Shown: in pieces, positions 19,510-28,778 of the stretch | How positions within the stretch are numbered: the stretch's first letter is position 1 | Layout: every line of letters begins with the position of its first letter | Assembly: GCA_013289145.1 (NCBI GenBank) | Contig: JABDAM010000002.1 | Coordinates: 7,653-71,652, forward strand | DNA: 64,000 nt | Source: Alphaproteobacteria bacterium | GTDB lineage: Bacteria > Pseudomonadota > Alphaproteobacteria > UBA11073 | Direction of reading: 5' to 3' | Made by a program: the position numbers and the translations under genes | The notes under the pieces: model-generated | Databases searched by the model: none | What the model was told of the DNA's origin: nothing | What the model saw: the letters and a program-made list of their open reading frames with translations, nothing else

Positions 19510-20708
19510 TTTTTCTGTAATACCGCCGCAAAAAACCCATCCGCGCCGCCAAATTCGGTTGGCAGAATGCGTTTTTGTTCGATCAGCCTGAAATCATCAT
19601 CGGATTTTAAAAACGCAGCTGTCTGATTTTCGCCTTCTTCGCGCTGTAAAGAACAAACGCAATAAAGTAACCACCCGCCGGGTTTTACCCATGTGGCCGC
19701 GCGGTCCAGCATCTGAGCTTGCAGCGCAGCAAGGCGTTTTACGTCATCCGCACTGCGGTGAATTAAAATTTCCGGATGGCGGCGGATGGTGCCGGTCGCG
19801 CTGCAAGGCGCATCGAGCAGCACGATATCAAACTCCCGCGCCGGCTCAAATTTCATCGCGTCCGCGCATTGCACGTCGGCAGTAAATTTCATGCGCGTGA
19901 GGTTTTCATTTAATCGTGTCAGACGCTGGGCCGAACTATCCACCGCCGTCACGCGCGCGCCGCTTGCCAGTAGTTGCATGGTCTTCCCGCCCGGCGCAGC
20001 ACAGAGATCAAGCACATCCAATCCTGCAATATCACCCAGCATTTGCACCGGCGCGGCGGCCGCAACGTCTTGCACCCACCAGGCACCTTCGGCGTAACCG
20101 GGCAGACTTGCCACGTCGGTCGATTTTTCCAGCCGTATTGTTTGCGGCACAATGATCTTGCCATCCAGTTTTTCCGCCCAGCCCGCAGTATCGCGCGGCG
20201 CTGTGATATCCAGCGGCGGTTCGGACAATAAAATTTCCAGCCATAGGTTGTGACCGTCAAAATTTTTCCAACTTTCGAGTAACCATGATGGAAAATTTTC
20301 ACTACGCGGGATTTTTTCGAACTGATGCCGCCCTTCGCGGTCGCAGCGGCGCAGCACGGCGTTTAATAAACCCTTCAAGCCCGCCATATTTTCGCGCACG
20401 GCGAGTTCCAGGGTTTCATTCACCGCTGCATGCGGCGGCGTTTTCAAAATCAGCAATTGCGCCGTGCCCAGCAACAGCATCGCCCAAATTTCCGGCGGCA
20501 CGTTATTGGGGTCTTTCAGCCAGGGCAAAATTAATTTTTTCAGCCGCCCGTAATCGCGCAGTACCGCCATGAGCAGCACGCGCACAAAGGCACGATCGCG
20601 CGCCGCCAGACTGGAGAGGCGCGATTCCTGCAGCGCTTCGTCAGTCATTTGGCCAGCCTCCAACACCTGGCGCAGCGCGCGATAAGCGATGTATCTTGTA
20701 GTGCTCAT
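19506..20708 (-). CDS. rsmB: 16S rRNA m5C methyltransferase RsmB/Sun family
   Basis: SAM site LDLCAAPGGKT, catalytic region LLDAPCSATGTIRRHPE, and YCVCS with the second catalytic Cys. Confidence 0.85.
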   Translation of the reverse strand: MSTTRYIAYRALRQVLEAGQMTDEALQESRLSSLAARDRAFVRVLLMAVLRDYGRLKKLILPWLKDPNNVPPEIWAMLLLGTAQLLILKTPPHAAVNETLELAVRENMAGLKGLLNAVLRRCDREGRHQFEKIPRSENFPSWLLESWKNFDGHNLWLEILLSEPPLDITAPRDTAGWAEKLDGKIIVPQTIRLEKSTDVASLPGYAEGAWWVQDVAAAAPVQMLGDIAGLDVLDLCAAPGGKTMQLLASGARVTAVDSSAQRLTRLNENLTRMKFTADVQCADAMKFEPAREFDIVLLDAPCSATGTIRRHPEILIHRSADDVKRLAALQAQMLDRAATWVKPGGWLLYCVCSLQREEGENQTAAFLKSDDDFRLIEQKRILPTEFGGADGFFAAVLQKN

Positions 20709-20749
20709 GCCTACTTGTAAGCATAAGCGCCGCGGACTAGCTATAGGTT

Positions 20750-20962
20750 ATGGAAAAATTGTCGGAAGAAAATGGGGAATTAGAAGTTAGGAATTTAGGA
20801 ACTAGGAATGATCAATCTTTGGAGAAACCCACATCTCCTGATGATCCAACTCCTAAAATCCCAATTCCTAAACTCCTAGTTCCTGAAATCGGCGGTCCCG
20901 CCGGCCCCGAACCCACCCGCTATGGCGATTGGGAAGTCGGCGGGCGTTGCAGCGATTTTTAA
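20750..20962 (+). CDS. DUF1674 / SDHAF4-like small protein
   Basis: The C-terminus PTRYGDWEVGGRCSDF is the DUF1674 signature. The N-terminal two thirds are occupied by the palindromic repeat listed next, so the true start is uncertain. Confidence 0.65.
   Translation: MEKLSEENGELEVRNLGTRNDQSLEKPTSPDDPTPKIPIPKLLVPEIGGPAGPEPTRYGDWEVGGRCSDF
20776..20886. repeat. About 110-nt imperfect palindrome built from TTAGGAA / TTCCTAA heptamer units
   Basis: Left arm ggaattagaagttaggaatttaggaactaggaatgatc. Right arm gatccaactcctaaaatcccaattcctaaactcctagttcc. The reverse complement of the right arm aligns unit by unit with the left arm. Confidence 0.65.
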
Positions 20963-21394
20963 TCACGGATGGCCGAAGGTTTCGCGGGCATAACGGCACA
21001 ATTCATCTGGATTTCGTAATTTTTTCGCTTCGGCCCGCGACAAAGCACCAGCATGAACCAATTGCCCGAGTAACTGGCCATCCTGCTTTGACCATCTGGT
21101 AACGGGCCGTGCATCTATCGACGATTTAACGGGGGCCATATTGGGCTCTTGCTGGATAGGGATGATTACAGGACAACTATCATTAGGATTGCTTAAAGAA
21201 CTACGACGGGAACGCATGGGGTTTTTCCTTGTGTTAAACGTTGGACTACATTTCATAATCGTTTCCGATTTTTCTGACCGGATTGCGCGGCTCCAAATTA
21301 CGGCCGGAGCGATCCGCCGCGATTGAATCTTCTTGGAAACGATATAAATTTTCGCCGCATTGCAAGGCGCGGTCTTCGGCGATTCCGATGTCAC
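20963..21394 (-). CDS. Hypothetical protein (AT-rich patch; start uncertain, possibly MKCSPTF...)
   Basis: ORF only. The C-terminal WSKQDGQLLGQLVHAGALSRAEAKKL is faintly GcrA/Myb-like HTH. It overlaps the next ORF in another frame. Confidence 0.3.
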   Translation of the reverse strand: MTSESPKTAPCNAAKIYIVSKKIQSRRIAPAVIWSRAIRSEKSETIMKCSPTFNTRKNPMRSRRSSLSNPNDSCPVIIPIQQEPNMAPVKSSIDARPVTRWSKQDGQLLGQLVHAGALSRAEAKKLRNPDELCRYARETFGHP

Positions 21395-21563
21395 GCGCCA
21401 GCTGAAGCCAGGCCGACCGCGAAAAGTGCGTGTAAATCCGTCGTGGATTTTGGGGATGATGGGAATAATAAACTCCCATCGCTTCGCCTGCAGATTGCGA
21501 AATTTGGCCGCGCAGACACGGCCCCTGCTGCGATTGGCAGCAGCGTTTATAAAAAACGAGCAT
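21246..21563 (-). CDS. Hypothetical protein, possibly the upstream half of a frameshifted gene
   Basis: 105-aa ORF overlapping 20963-21394 by about 150 nt in a different frame. No recognisable motif. Confidence 0.25.
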   Translation of the reverse strand: MLVFYKRCCQSQQGPCLRGQISQSAGEAMGVYYSHHPQNPRRIYTHFSRSAWLQLARDIGIAEDRALQCGENLYRFQEDSIAADRSGRNLEPRNPVRKIGNDYEM

Positions 21564-21757
21564 GATATACCACCAGGTAAAGAGGTTGGAAAAAACAGCG
21601 ATTTAAGGAGTGAAAATGTCTATGGCCCGGTTAGAACCGGGTGGTGGTCGCGGTGATGATGCGAATGAAAGACATTGTGGTTAGGGTAATTGATGACGAG
21701 GCGGTAAGTCAAGTAAAAAGCGACAAACAAAACGAAGAATAAAAAATTTCTTGTCAC

Positions 21758-22618
21758 TCACTCCAATTCCGGCGCGGCGATCTGGCTTTCGCCGCGTTCT
21801 TGCGCGACAAGCAAAGCATCCATGGCGCGCTGTACCAGATCTCCGGCAGGCTGATTGTAATCCACGCCCACAAGGCCGATGGAAATGGAAACTGCCTCCG
21901 CCGTGCCATCCGGGAATTCCACCGGTAAAATGTTAATTTTGCGCCGTACGCGGTCGGCGGCTTTTACGGCATCATCAATTTTCGCCTGCTGCAAAAACCA
22001 AACGCTATAAGCTTCCTCAAGACGGAAAACGTCATCGAAGGGACGCAGGTTATGGCCGATACGCCCGGTAACCTCCGCCACAGCGAAATCAATTGCCGCG
22101 CCGCCCAGGCGTTTTTTCAGCACATCAAAATGATCAATACTGGCAACGGCGATACTGGCAACGACGCCCTTGCTCTCCGCGCGTTGCATGAGTTCGGAAA
22201 TTTCCTGCAAAATCGCGGCCATTGCCTTGCCCGATTGCAAGGCCGCCAAACCGCCCGCGCGTGCGGCGGATGCCAATAATCTTTCCGCGCGCCGCACCTG
22301 CGCGATGAAGCTATCGAAATTGCGCAGCATGTCATCGTAATTTTCAAACGGCGGACGCGAACGCGGCGCGACCTTGCCCAGTTCATAGGCTTGATCATGC
22401 AATTCGTCGTGCAAATCTTGCAGGCGGCGGATGATAGGCTGTTCCAAAATATTTTGCTGTTCCGGCTCCGACAACCAGCGGATCAGCGTGTCAGGGCCAT
22501 AGGGATTGGTTTCATCAACCTTATCCGGAAACATGATCGCGCATTGCCAGCGGCCCAGCCAATGCACGTGATCATCCATCACGGTGGCAAGCGATGCGGG
22601 TGAAGTACGGCGATTCAT
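21758..22618 (-). CDS. GGDEF-fold protein with degenerate active site
   Basis: The C-terminal domain has GGDEF-domain spacing (SIDHFDVLKKRLGG...RLEEAYSVWF...VSISIGLV...RAMDALLVAQERG), but RxGGDEF is replaced by RLEEAYS. I chose the start at MNRRTS (22618) because the 22669 start would overlap the divergent GT gene. Confidence 0.65.
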   Translation of the reverse strand: MNRRTSPASLATVMDDHVHWLGRWQCAIMFPDKVDETNPYGPDTLIRWLSEPEQQNILEQPIIRRLQDLHDELHDQAYELGKVAPRSRPPFENYDDMLRNFDSFIAQVRRAERLLASAARAGGLAALQSGKAMAAILQEISELMQRAESKGVVASIAVASIDHFDVLKKRLGGAAIDFAVAEVTGRIGHNLRPFDDVFRLEEAYSVWFLQQAKIDDAVKAADRVRRKINILPVEFPDGTAEAVSISIGLVGVDYNQPAGDLVQRAMDALLVAQERGESQIAAPELE

Positions 22619-22667
22619 AAGGGTGATTTTACCTTTGCCGATGCGAGTTGAACAGGCATGATGGCGC

Positions 22668-23813
22668 ATGGATTCTATGACGGTCGTGCATGTGCTGGAG
22701 CCCGGCGGCGGCGGCGCAATGCGCCATGTGCTGGATCTGGCCGCGGCCCAGGCGCGCGCGGGCTGGCGCGTGCATATCGTCTATTCGCCTATACGCATGG
22801 AGGCGTTGTTTGAACCGCAATTACTGGCGCTGTCGCGGGATTGGCCGAATATCACGTTACACTCTTTGCCGATGCACCGCGCGCCGCATGTGAGCGATGC
22901 GAAAAATCTTTTCGATCTAGTAAAATTATTGCGCGTCGCGCGGCCGGATATTTTGCATGCCCACAGCACCAAGGCCGGAATGTTGGCGCGCATGGCGAGC
23001 GCGGTGGTAAAGGTGCCAGTGATCTATACACCCCATGCGCTGATGACATTAAATCCCAAAACGCCGCCATGGAAGAAAATGATTTACGGTTGGTACGAAC
23101 AGTTATTGTCGCCCGTCATGCAGCGCATGATTTTTTTGTCGCAAGAGGAACAGGCGCATGCGGTTAGTTTGGGCATGCCTGCGAATAAAATGGTGATGGG
23201 ATTGAATGGTATCACACCTTTTACGTTGGGTGATCGTAAGGCATTACGCACCACATTAAAAATTGCGGGTGATGAGGTAGTAGTGGGGTTTGTCGGACGT
23301 TTGGCGCCGCAGAAAAATCCGCAACTGGCAATTCGCGCTTTCGCGCAGGCGGCGACGAAAAATGAAAAATTAAAATTGCTATTGATTGGTGGTGGAGATT
23401 TGCGTGGTGAATGCGAACAGTTGGCGCAGAATTTAGGTGTGATGGATCGCATTTTATGGCTCGGCGCGGCCAATGCGCGTGAATGGTATGGCGCGATGGA
23501 TCTGCTCCTCATTACCAGCCGATATGAAGTCATGGCCTATATTTTTGTTGAAGCGCTACATGCCGGTCTGCCGATTATCGCAACACCGGCGGGCGGCAGC
23601 GATAGTTGTGTGATCACTGGTCAAACTGGGTTTACCGTTGCGCCGGATGAGACAGAGATCGCAGAAAAGATTTTACAACTGGCCGAGGATGCGCCGCTGC
23701 GCGACGCCATGCATTTCGCCGCGCGCGCGCATAGTCAGAATTTTACCATTCCGAATATGTTCGAATTGCATGCGAAGATTTACCGCGATGCTTTAGGCGC
23801 GCCAAAAGCGTGA
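22668..23813 (+). CDS. Glycosyltransferase family 4
   Basis: VVHVLEPGGGGAMRHVLDLA N-terminus. GT-B C-terminal region VGRLAPQKN...SRYEVMAYIFVEALHAGLPIIATPAGG. Confidence 0.85.
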   Translation: MDSMTVVHVLEPGGGGAMRHVLDLAAAQARAGWRVHIVYSPIRMEALFEPQLLALSRDWPNITLHSLPMHRAPHVSDAKNLFDLVKLLRVARPDILHAHSTKAGMLARMASAVVKVPVIYTPHALMTLNPKTPPWKKMIYGWYEQLLSPVMQRMIFLSQEEQAHAVSLGMPANKMVMGLNGITPFTLGDRKALRTTLKIAGDEVVVGFVGRLAPQKNPQLAIRAFAQAATKNEKLKLLLIGGGDLRGECEQLAQNLGVMDRILWLGAANAREWYGAMDLLLITSRYEVMAYIFVEALHAGLPIIATPAGGSDSCVITGQTGFTVAPDETEIAEKILQLAEDAPLRDAMHFAARAHSQNFTIPNMFELHAKIYRDALGAPKA

Positions 23814-24587
23814 CTTGAATTTCAGCAAAAGTTTATAAGGCAGGCAGATTAAAATCATCGTGCGTAACAATCCCCACCAGGACAGCCAATCGCGCGCATC
23901 AAAAAGCCGCCATTGGATTTTCAGGCGGCTAAATAATTGCCGCTGGCGTTTTTGATAGGAGATGGATGGCACGCCCGCAGCGACTTCATAACGCAGCCAA
24001 ACGGCAGGCAGGTTTGCGGCCTTGCCGAGTTTAAGTAGGCGTGAAAAGAATTCATAATCCTCCGCCGCTGGAAATTGATTGGAATAGCCGTCCGCTGCCT
24101 GCACCGCCGCGGCGCGCAGCATCACAGCCGGATGGCAAAAGGCGCTATTGATGTGCAAGTAGCGCCGAATTTCCGCATCGTTGCACGGATAACGCAAAGT
24201 GAACCGATCGCCTTCGGCTTCATTAAACGATGTCGCCCAAGAGCCCACCATAACATGATCCGGATGCGCCAATAAAAAATCGCGTTGTGCCGCCAAGCGG
24301 CCCGGCAGCCATAAATCACCCGCGTCTATGCGCGCGATGAATTTATGGCCGTCTGTTAGAATTTTTGCGATGCCTGCATTCAGCGCGCCTTCGATACCGG
24401 AATTTGTTTCCAGGCGGATTAGGTGAACGGGAAAATCATACGCCACCGGATGCAGCAGCAAAGCCGGGTCGGAACCATCGTCAACCAGATAGAGTTCAAA
24501 GGCTTCACGTTCGCCGCGCAAACTCTCCAGCGTGCGCGCCAGACCCGCGGGATAATTATAATAAGGCATCAGGATGGCAACCGTCAC
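23793..24587 (-). CDS. Glycosyltransferase family 2
   Basis: VTVAILMPYYNYPAGLARTLESL...YLVDDGSD. The GTG start at 24587 overlaps the upstream TGA as GTGA, consistent with translational coupling. The ORF-track ATG at 24632 would overlap the upstream gene by 49 nt. Confidence 0.8.
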   Translation of the reverse strand: MTVAILMPYYNYPAGLARTLESLRGEREAFELYLVDDGSDPALLLHPVAYDFPVHLIRLETNSGIEGALNAGIAKILTDGHKFIARIDAGDLWLPGRLAAQRDFLLAHPDHVMVGSWATSFNEAEGDRFTLRYPCNDAEIRRYLHINSAFCHPAVMLRAAAVQAADGYSNQFPAAEDYEFFSRLLKLGKAANLPAVWLRYEVAAGVPSISYQKRQRQLFSRLKIQWRLFDARDWLSWWGLLRTMILICLPYKLLLKFKSRFWRA

Positions 24588-25762
24588 GCGGCAGCCGTTT
24601 CCCGCCGCGCGTGCCAAACCAGCCCCAGGCACAAAAAGGCAAAGGGATCATAAGCGCGGAATTGCAAAAAGCCGAGCAGAAAATATAGTGCGATGACCAG
24701 CCATAATGAATGCGCCATTTTCGCAACCCAGGCGCGGCGCCAGATTTGCGCCCACATGATCAGATAAGCAAAAAAACCAAAAATCCCCAGATCAAGCAAA
24801 ATTTGCAGCATGATATTATGCATATTATCTTCGTTCAGCGCGACGCCGAGCAAACTGCTGACCTGCGCAATGGCATTGCCCGCGCCGACGCCGAAAGGAT
24901 GCAACAGGAAAACTTGCGGCGCGGCTTGCCACATGGCGATGCGGCCTTCAGAACCGGGTTCGTAACCGACATCTTCAAACCGCTGCAACGCGAATTGCGC
25001 AATGGGCGTGGCGAAGAGCGTGATCACAGCACCCAACGCGACCAAAGCCAATAAGGCGATGCGGATTTGACGGAAGAGTAAATTACGTTGTTCTTTCGGT
25101 GCAATGAAGAATTCAAACATAAATAACACCGCCGCACCAAGCAAGCCCGCACGGCTGCTGTAGAGGATGGATAAAAACAATGCGTAAAGAAACGCGGGCC
25201 AATACAGGCGGCGTCCGTGCAGCAGCGCCGCGGCAAAGACGGCAAACGTTGCCTCTACGTTCGTGCCGCCCGCGACGACGGTGGGAATAAACACGCGGCC
25301 TTGGAGCGTGGCAAGGGTATCCATAATACGGCCAAAGAAGAAAACATTTTTAATTGTGATAGCCGTCAAAATAATGATCGCTGCGCGCCCTAGTGCGCGC
25401 GATAAAAGATCGGGCGGCATTATTTGCGTGAGCGCTAAGCCGAGCAGAAGCAAATAAAAACAATAAACCACATTCGCGAGCGCGAGGTTAAAGCCGAATT
25501 CAATGTCTGCCAGCAATGAAATCACCAATGCCGCCGCAAAGAATAGCGCAAAGGATCCATGCGGGATCACCAGCCTGCCATGGGTTAGAAAAATGAATAA
25601 TCCCAATACCGCCCAGATATGATGCAGGTTAATCGCGCGTTCGGGCACTTCATCGGGCTGGAAAATATCCAGCAATCCGGTAAGCGCCAGCAGCACAACC
25701 AATATCGTTACGTACCAACCAAGCCAGGCGCGCGGTGCGGAAGGGAAAGCGGTGTTAATCAT
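24584..25762 (-). CDS. O-antigen ligase/polymerase-like (Wzy_C-type) polytopic membrane protein
   Basis: 392 aa, about 10 hydrophobic segments, with a periplasmic-loop region EDVGYEPGSEGRIAMWQAA...HPFGVGAGN...HNIMLQILLDLG typical of the O-antigen ligase family. Confidence 0.7.
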   Translation of the reverse strand: MINTAFPSAPRAWLGWYVTILVVLLALTGLLDIFQPDEVPERAINLHHIWAVLGLFIFLTHGRLVIPHGSFALFFAAALVISLLADIEFGFNLALANVVYCFYLLLLGLALTQIMPPDLLSRALGRAAIIILTAITIKNVFFFGRIMDTLATLQGRVFIPTVVAGGTNVEATFAVFAAALLHGRRLYWPAFLYALFLSILYSSRAGLLGAAVLFMFEFFIAPKEQRNLLFRQIRIALLALVALGAVITLFATPIAQFALQRFEDVGYEPGSEGRIAMWQAAPQVFLLHPFGVGAGNAIAQVSSLLGVALNEDNMHNIMLQILLDLGIFGFFAYLIMWAQIWRRAWVAKMAHSLWLVIALYFLLGFLQFRAYDPFAFLCLGLVWHARRETAAA

Positions 25763-26363
25763 GTGGACGCAAATTCTTTGGCCAACAAATTGCCATAATC
25801 ACGCCTGCGGTAAAACCCGCCAGATGGGCAACCCAGGCGATTTCGCCGCCCAGTGACGTACCCGCCGCCAAGGCCATTACAGGCTGCACCACTGCCATCA
25901 AAATAAATAACTGCACGCGCATTTTCGGGCGATGTATGACCCGCCACAGAACAAATCCCATTGCGCCGCTGATGGCGCCTGATGCGCCGAGCATCGCGCC
26001 CATACTGTCCGGCGCGGCGGCGGCCTGTGCCAGCGCGGCGAGGGCACCGCAAATTAAATACAAAATGGGAAACCATACGGGGCCGGTCATGCGCTCCATC
26101 GCGCTGCCGAAGGCGAGCAGCATGCCCACGTTCACCGCCAGATGCAGCCAAGAAGCGTGAAAGAACTGATAAGTCATCAGCGTGAACAAATGCTGCGGGG
26201 CAAATGACGCGGACCAAAAGACAGCGGGTTGCACCAAGAACGGCGTGATATCAAAATTCGTCAGCGCCACCGCCACATGCAGCGCGATCAAAAGCAGCAA
26301 TAAAATCAATGTCGCCGGCGGCAAATTAAAAACAGGTTCGCGCGCAATATTTTCCATGGCCAA
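25755..26363 (-). CDS. Rhomboid family intramembrane serine protease
   Basis: FFHASWLHLAVNVGMLLAFG (HxxxxHxxxN), catalytic GASGAISG, and the histidine in VAHLAGFTAG. Confidence 0.85.
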   Translation of the reverse strand: MAMENIAREPVFNLPPATLILLLLLIALHVAVALTNFDITPFLVQPAVFWSASFAPQHLFTLMTYQFFHASWLHLAVNVGMLLAFGSAMERMTGPVWFPILYLICGALAALAQAAAAPDSMGAMLGASGAISGAMGFVLWRVIHRPKMRVQLFILMAVVQPVMALAAGTSLGGEIAWVAHLAGFTAGVIMAICWPKNLRPHD

Positions 26364-26403
26364 GGCATGAAGGAAATACCGTGAAAAAGCAATTTATTTC
26401 GGC

Positions 26404-26829
26404 TTAGATGATTTCGCAAAAGCGCGACAGGATTTGCTTGGCGCGCGCGAAATCCCTGCTGCGCAGCAAAATATGATCAGCGTTATAGGAACCAACGATA
26501 TAAATCGACAGCGCGTCATCGGCCAATGGCTGGGCCAAGCGTGAATACAAACCGTGCATTGCCCAATCGCGCGGTTGCTCCACACGCAAGACGCGCCATT
26601 CCGGTATGCGCTCCCCTTCAAAGGCGCCGGGCACCCAAACATCGGGGCAGATAATGGAAAATCCGTATTTGCTTTGCGTCAGTGACACCAGGCCATCAGG
26701 ATTTTGCCGCAAGGCCCAGGCCGGAATATCCGCATCAAACGGCAGATTAATCAGACTATATGTGCCGATCAGCGCCCGCAAAACAATTTGCGGCAGGTCA
26801 TCAGGCGCGGACTGGGCAGAGCCGATCAT
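26404..26829 (-). CDS. ACT-domain-like small protein
   Basis: 141 aa. The C-terminal half (MHGLYSRLAQPLADDALSIYIVGSYNADHILLRSRDFARAKQIL) resembles ACT_7-type regulatory domains. Tentative. Confidence 0.5.
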   Translation of the reverse strand: MIGSAQSAPDDLPQIVLRALIGTYSLINLPFDADIPAWALRQNPDGLVSLTQSKYGFSIICPDVWVPGAFEGERIPEWRVLRVEQPRDWAMHGLYSRLAQPLADDALSIYIVGSYNADHILLRSRDFARAKQILSRFCEII

Positions 26830-26984
26830 CCCTATATTCTATACCACTTTTTTGAAATTTCCATAACCGGAATCAATCGTTTTATTACGCCCAAAGGTTT
26901 AAATGAGAATTAATACGGCTTTTGGTTGCCATTTCAATCGGCCTGTGAGATGATTTTCGCCCCTAAAAACTCACGGAGAATGCT

Positions 26985-28775
26985 ATGTCAGCCCCCGCTT
27001 CTGCCCCACACTTCTTGTCTGCGCCCGCAGGCAGCGTGCTGCTGGGTGCGGAAATTGTGGTGCGGGCGCTGCGGGATCAGGGCGTGGAGCATATTTTCGG
27101 TTATCCCGGCGGGGCGATTTTGCCGGTTTACGATGCGATTTTCCAACAGGATGAATTGCATCATATTCTGGTGCGGCATGAACAAGGCGCAGGACATGCG
27201 GCCGAAGGTTACGCGCGGTCGACCGGCAAGGTTGGCTGTGTGTTGGTCACTTCGGGCCCCGGCATGACCAATGTCGTCACGCCCATGACGGATGCGATGA
27301 TGGACGCCATTCCGATGATCATTATTTCCGGCCAAGTGCCGACGCATCTGATCGGCACGGATGCATTCCAGGAGGCCGATACCACCGGCATCACACGAAA
27401 CTGCACCAAACATAACGTGCTGGTGAAAGACGTGAATGAATTGGCGGAAACTATTCACAAATGTTTTCACATCGCGCGTTCGGGCAAACCGGGGCCGGTA
27501 TTAATCGACATCCCAAAAGACGTGCAGTTCGGCAAAGGCGTGTATGTCGCGCCGGATGAAGTGACGAAATATAAAACTTATCCTTACGCAATTGCCGCGT
27601 CCGATCCGAAAATCGCGGCGGCGGTGGATTTGATGCAAGGCGCAAAACGTGCGGTGTTTTATACCGGTGGCGGCGTTATCAACGCCAATGCGGCGAATGA
27701 TTTGCGCGCGTTGGTACATGCGACAGGGTTTCCCATCACGCAAACGCTGATGGGTCTGGGCGCTTTTCCGGCGGATGATCCGCTGAATTTGGGCATGCTG
27801 GGCATGCACGGCACCTATGAAGCCAATCTGGCGATGTATCATTGCGACGTGATGATCTGCATCGGCGCGCGGTTTGACGACCGCATCACGGGCAAGCTGG
27901 CGGAATTTTCGCCCAATTCGAAAAAAATCCATGTCGATGTCGATGCGGCCTCCATCAACAAAAACGTGCGCGTGGATGTCGGTATCGTCGCCGATGCGGG
28001 CGAGGCCATTCGCGCGATGCTGGCGGAATGGCAGCGCCGGAATGCGAAAGCGGATAGTGCCGGCCTGGCAAAATGGCTACAAAAGATTCAAGAATGGCGC
28101 GCGAAAGATTCCCTGGCCTATGAACATTCGGAGACCATCATCAAACCGCAGTACGCGATTGAACGTCTCGCGCATTTTACGGCATCGCAAAACCCCATTA
28201 TCTCAACCGAAGTCGGCCAGCATCAAATGTGGGCGGCGCAGCATTTCCCGTTTTACGCGCCGAACCGCTGGCTCACCTCCGGCGGCCTCGGCACCATGGG
28301 TTATGGTCTGCCCGCCGCGATTGGCGCGCAGGTTGCCCATCCCGATGCGCTGGTGATCGATATCGCGGGCGAAGCCTCCATTCAAATGAACATCCAGGAA
28401 TTATCCACGGCGGTGCAATATAACCTGCCGGTCAAGGTTTTCATCATCAATAATGAATGGATGGGCATGGTGCGGCAATGGCAACAGCTTATTCATGGAG
28501 AGCGTTATTCACATTCCTATTCCGAGGCCTTGCCGGATTTTGTCAAGCTAGCGGAGGCGTACGGCGCCCTCGGCCTGCGCGCGACGAGGCCGGATGAACT
28601 CGACAGCGTCATCGCGCAAATGATCGCGCATCCAGGCCCTGTCATGGCGGATATCCGCGTGGATCCCAAGGAAAACTGCTTCCCCATGATCCCATCCGGC
28701 GCGCCGCATTACGCGATGATTTTAAAAGACGGCGATATCGCTCCGGTGTCGCCCGAAGGCTTGATGATGGTGTAA
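26985..28775 (+). CDS. ilvB: Acetolactate synthase large subunit
   Basis: ThDP enzyme: GYPGGAILPVYDA, HEQGAGHAAEGYAR, GGLGTMGYGLPAAIGA...GEASIQMNIQEL. Confidence 0.95.
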   Translation: MSAPASAPHFLSAPAGSVLLGAEIVVRALRDQGVEHIFGYPGGAILPVYDAIFQQDELHHILVRHEQGAGHAAEGYARSTGKVGCVLVTSGPGMTNVVTPMTDAMMDAIPMIIISGQVPTHLIGTDAFQEADTTGITRNCTKHNVLVKDVNELAETIHKCFHIARSGKPGPVLIDIPKDVQFGKGVYVAPDEVTKYKTYPYAIAASDPKIAAAVDLMQGAKRAVFYTGGGVINANAANDLRALVHATGFPITQTLMGLGAFPADDPLNLGMLGMHGTYEANLAMYHCDVMICIGARFDDRITGKLAEFSPNSKKIHVDVDAASINKNVRVDVGIVADAGEAIRAMLAEWQRRNAKADSAGLAKWLQKIQEWRAKDSLAYEHSETIIKPQYAIERLAHFTASQNPIISTEVGQHQMWAAQHFPFYAPNRWLTSGGLGTMGYGLPAAIGAQVAHPDALVIDIAGEASIQMNIQELSTAVQYNLPVKVFIINNEWMGMVRQWQQLIHGERYSHSYSEALPDFVKLAEAYGALGLRATRPDELDSVIAQMIAHPGPVMADIRVDPKENCFPMIPSGAPHYAMILKDGDIAPVSPEGLMMV

Positions 28776-28778
28776 AAC

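Noticed and set aside
21616-21684. 22-codon ORF with a strong RBS as a called gene
   Set aside because: It is too short to support from sequence alone, so it is reported only as an observation.
24588-24632. ATG start of the GT2 gene 49 nt inside the upstream gene
   Set aside because: The GTG at 24587 gives the classic GTGA stop/start overlap and still precedes the conserved VTVAILMPYYN N-terminus.
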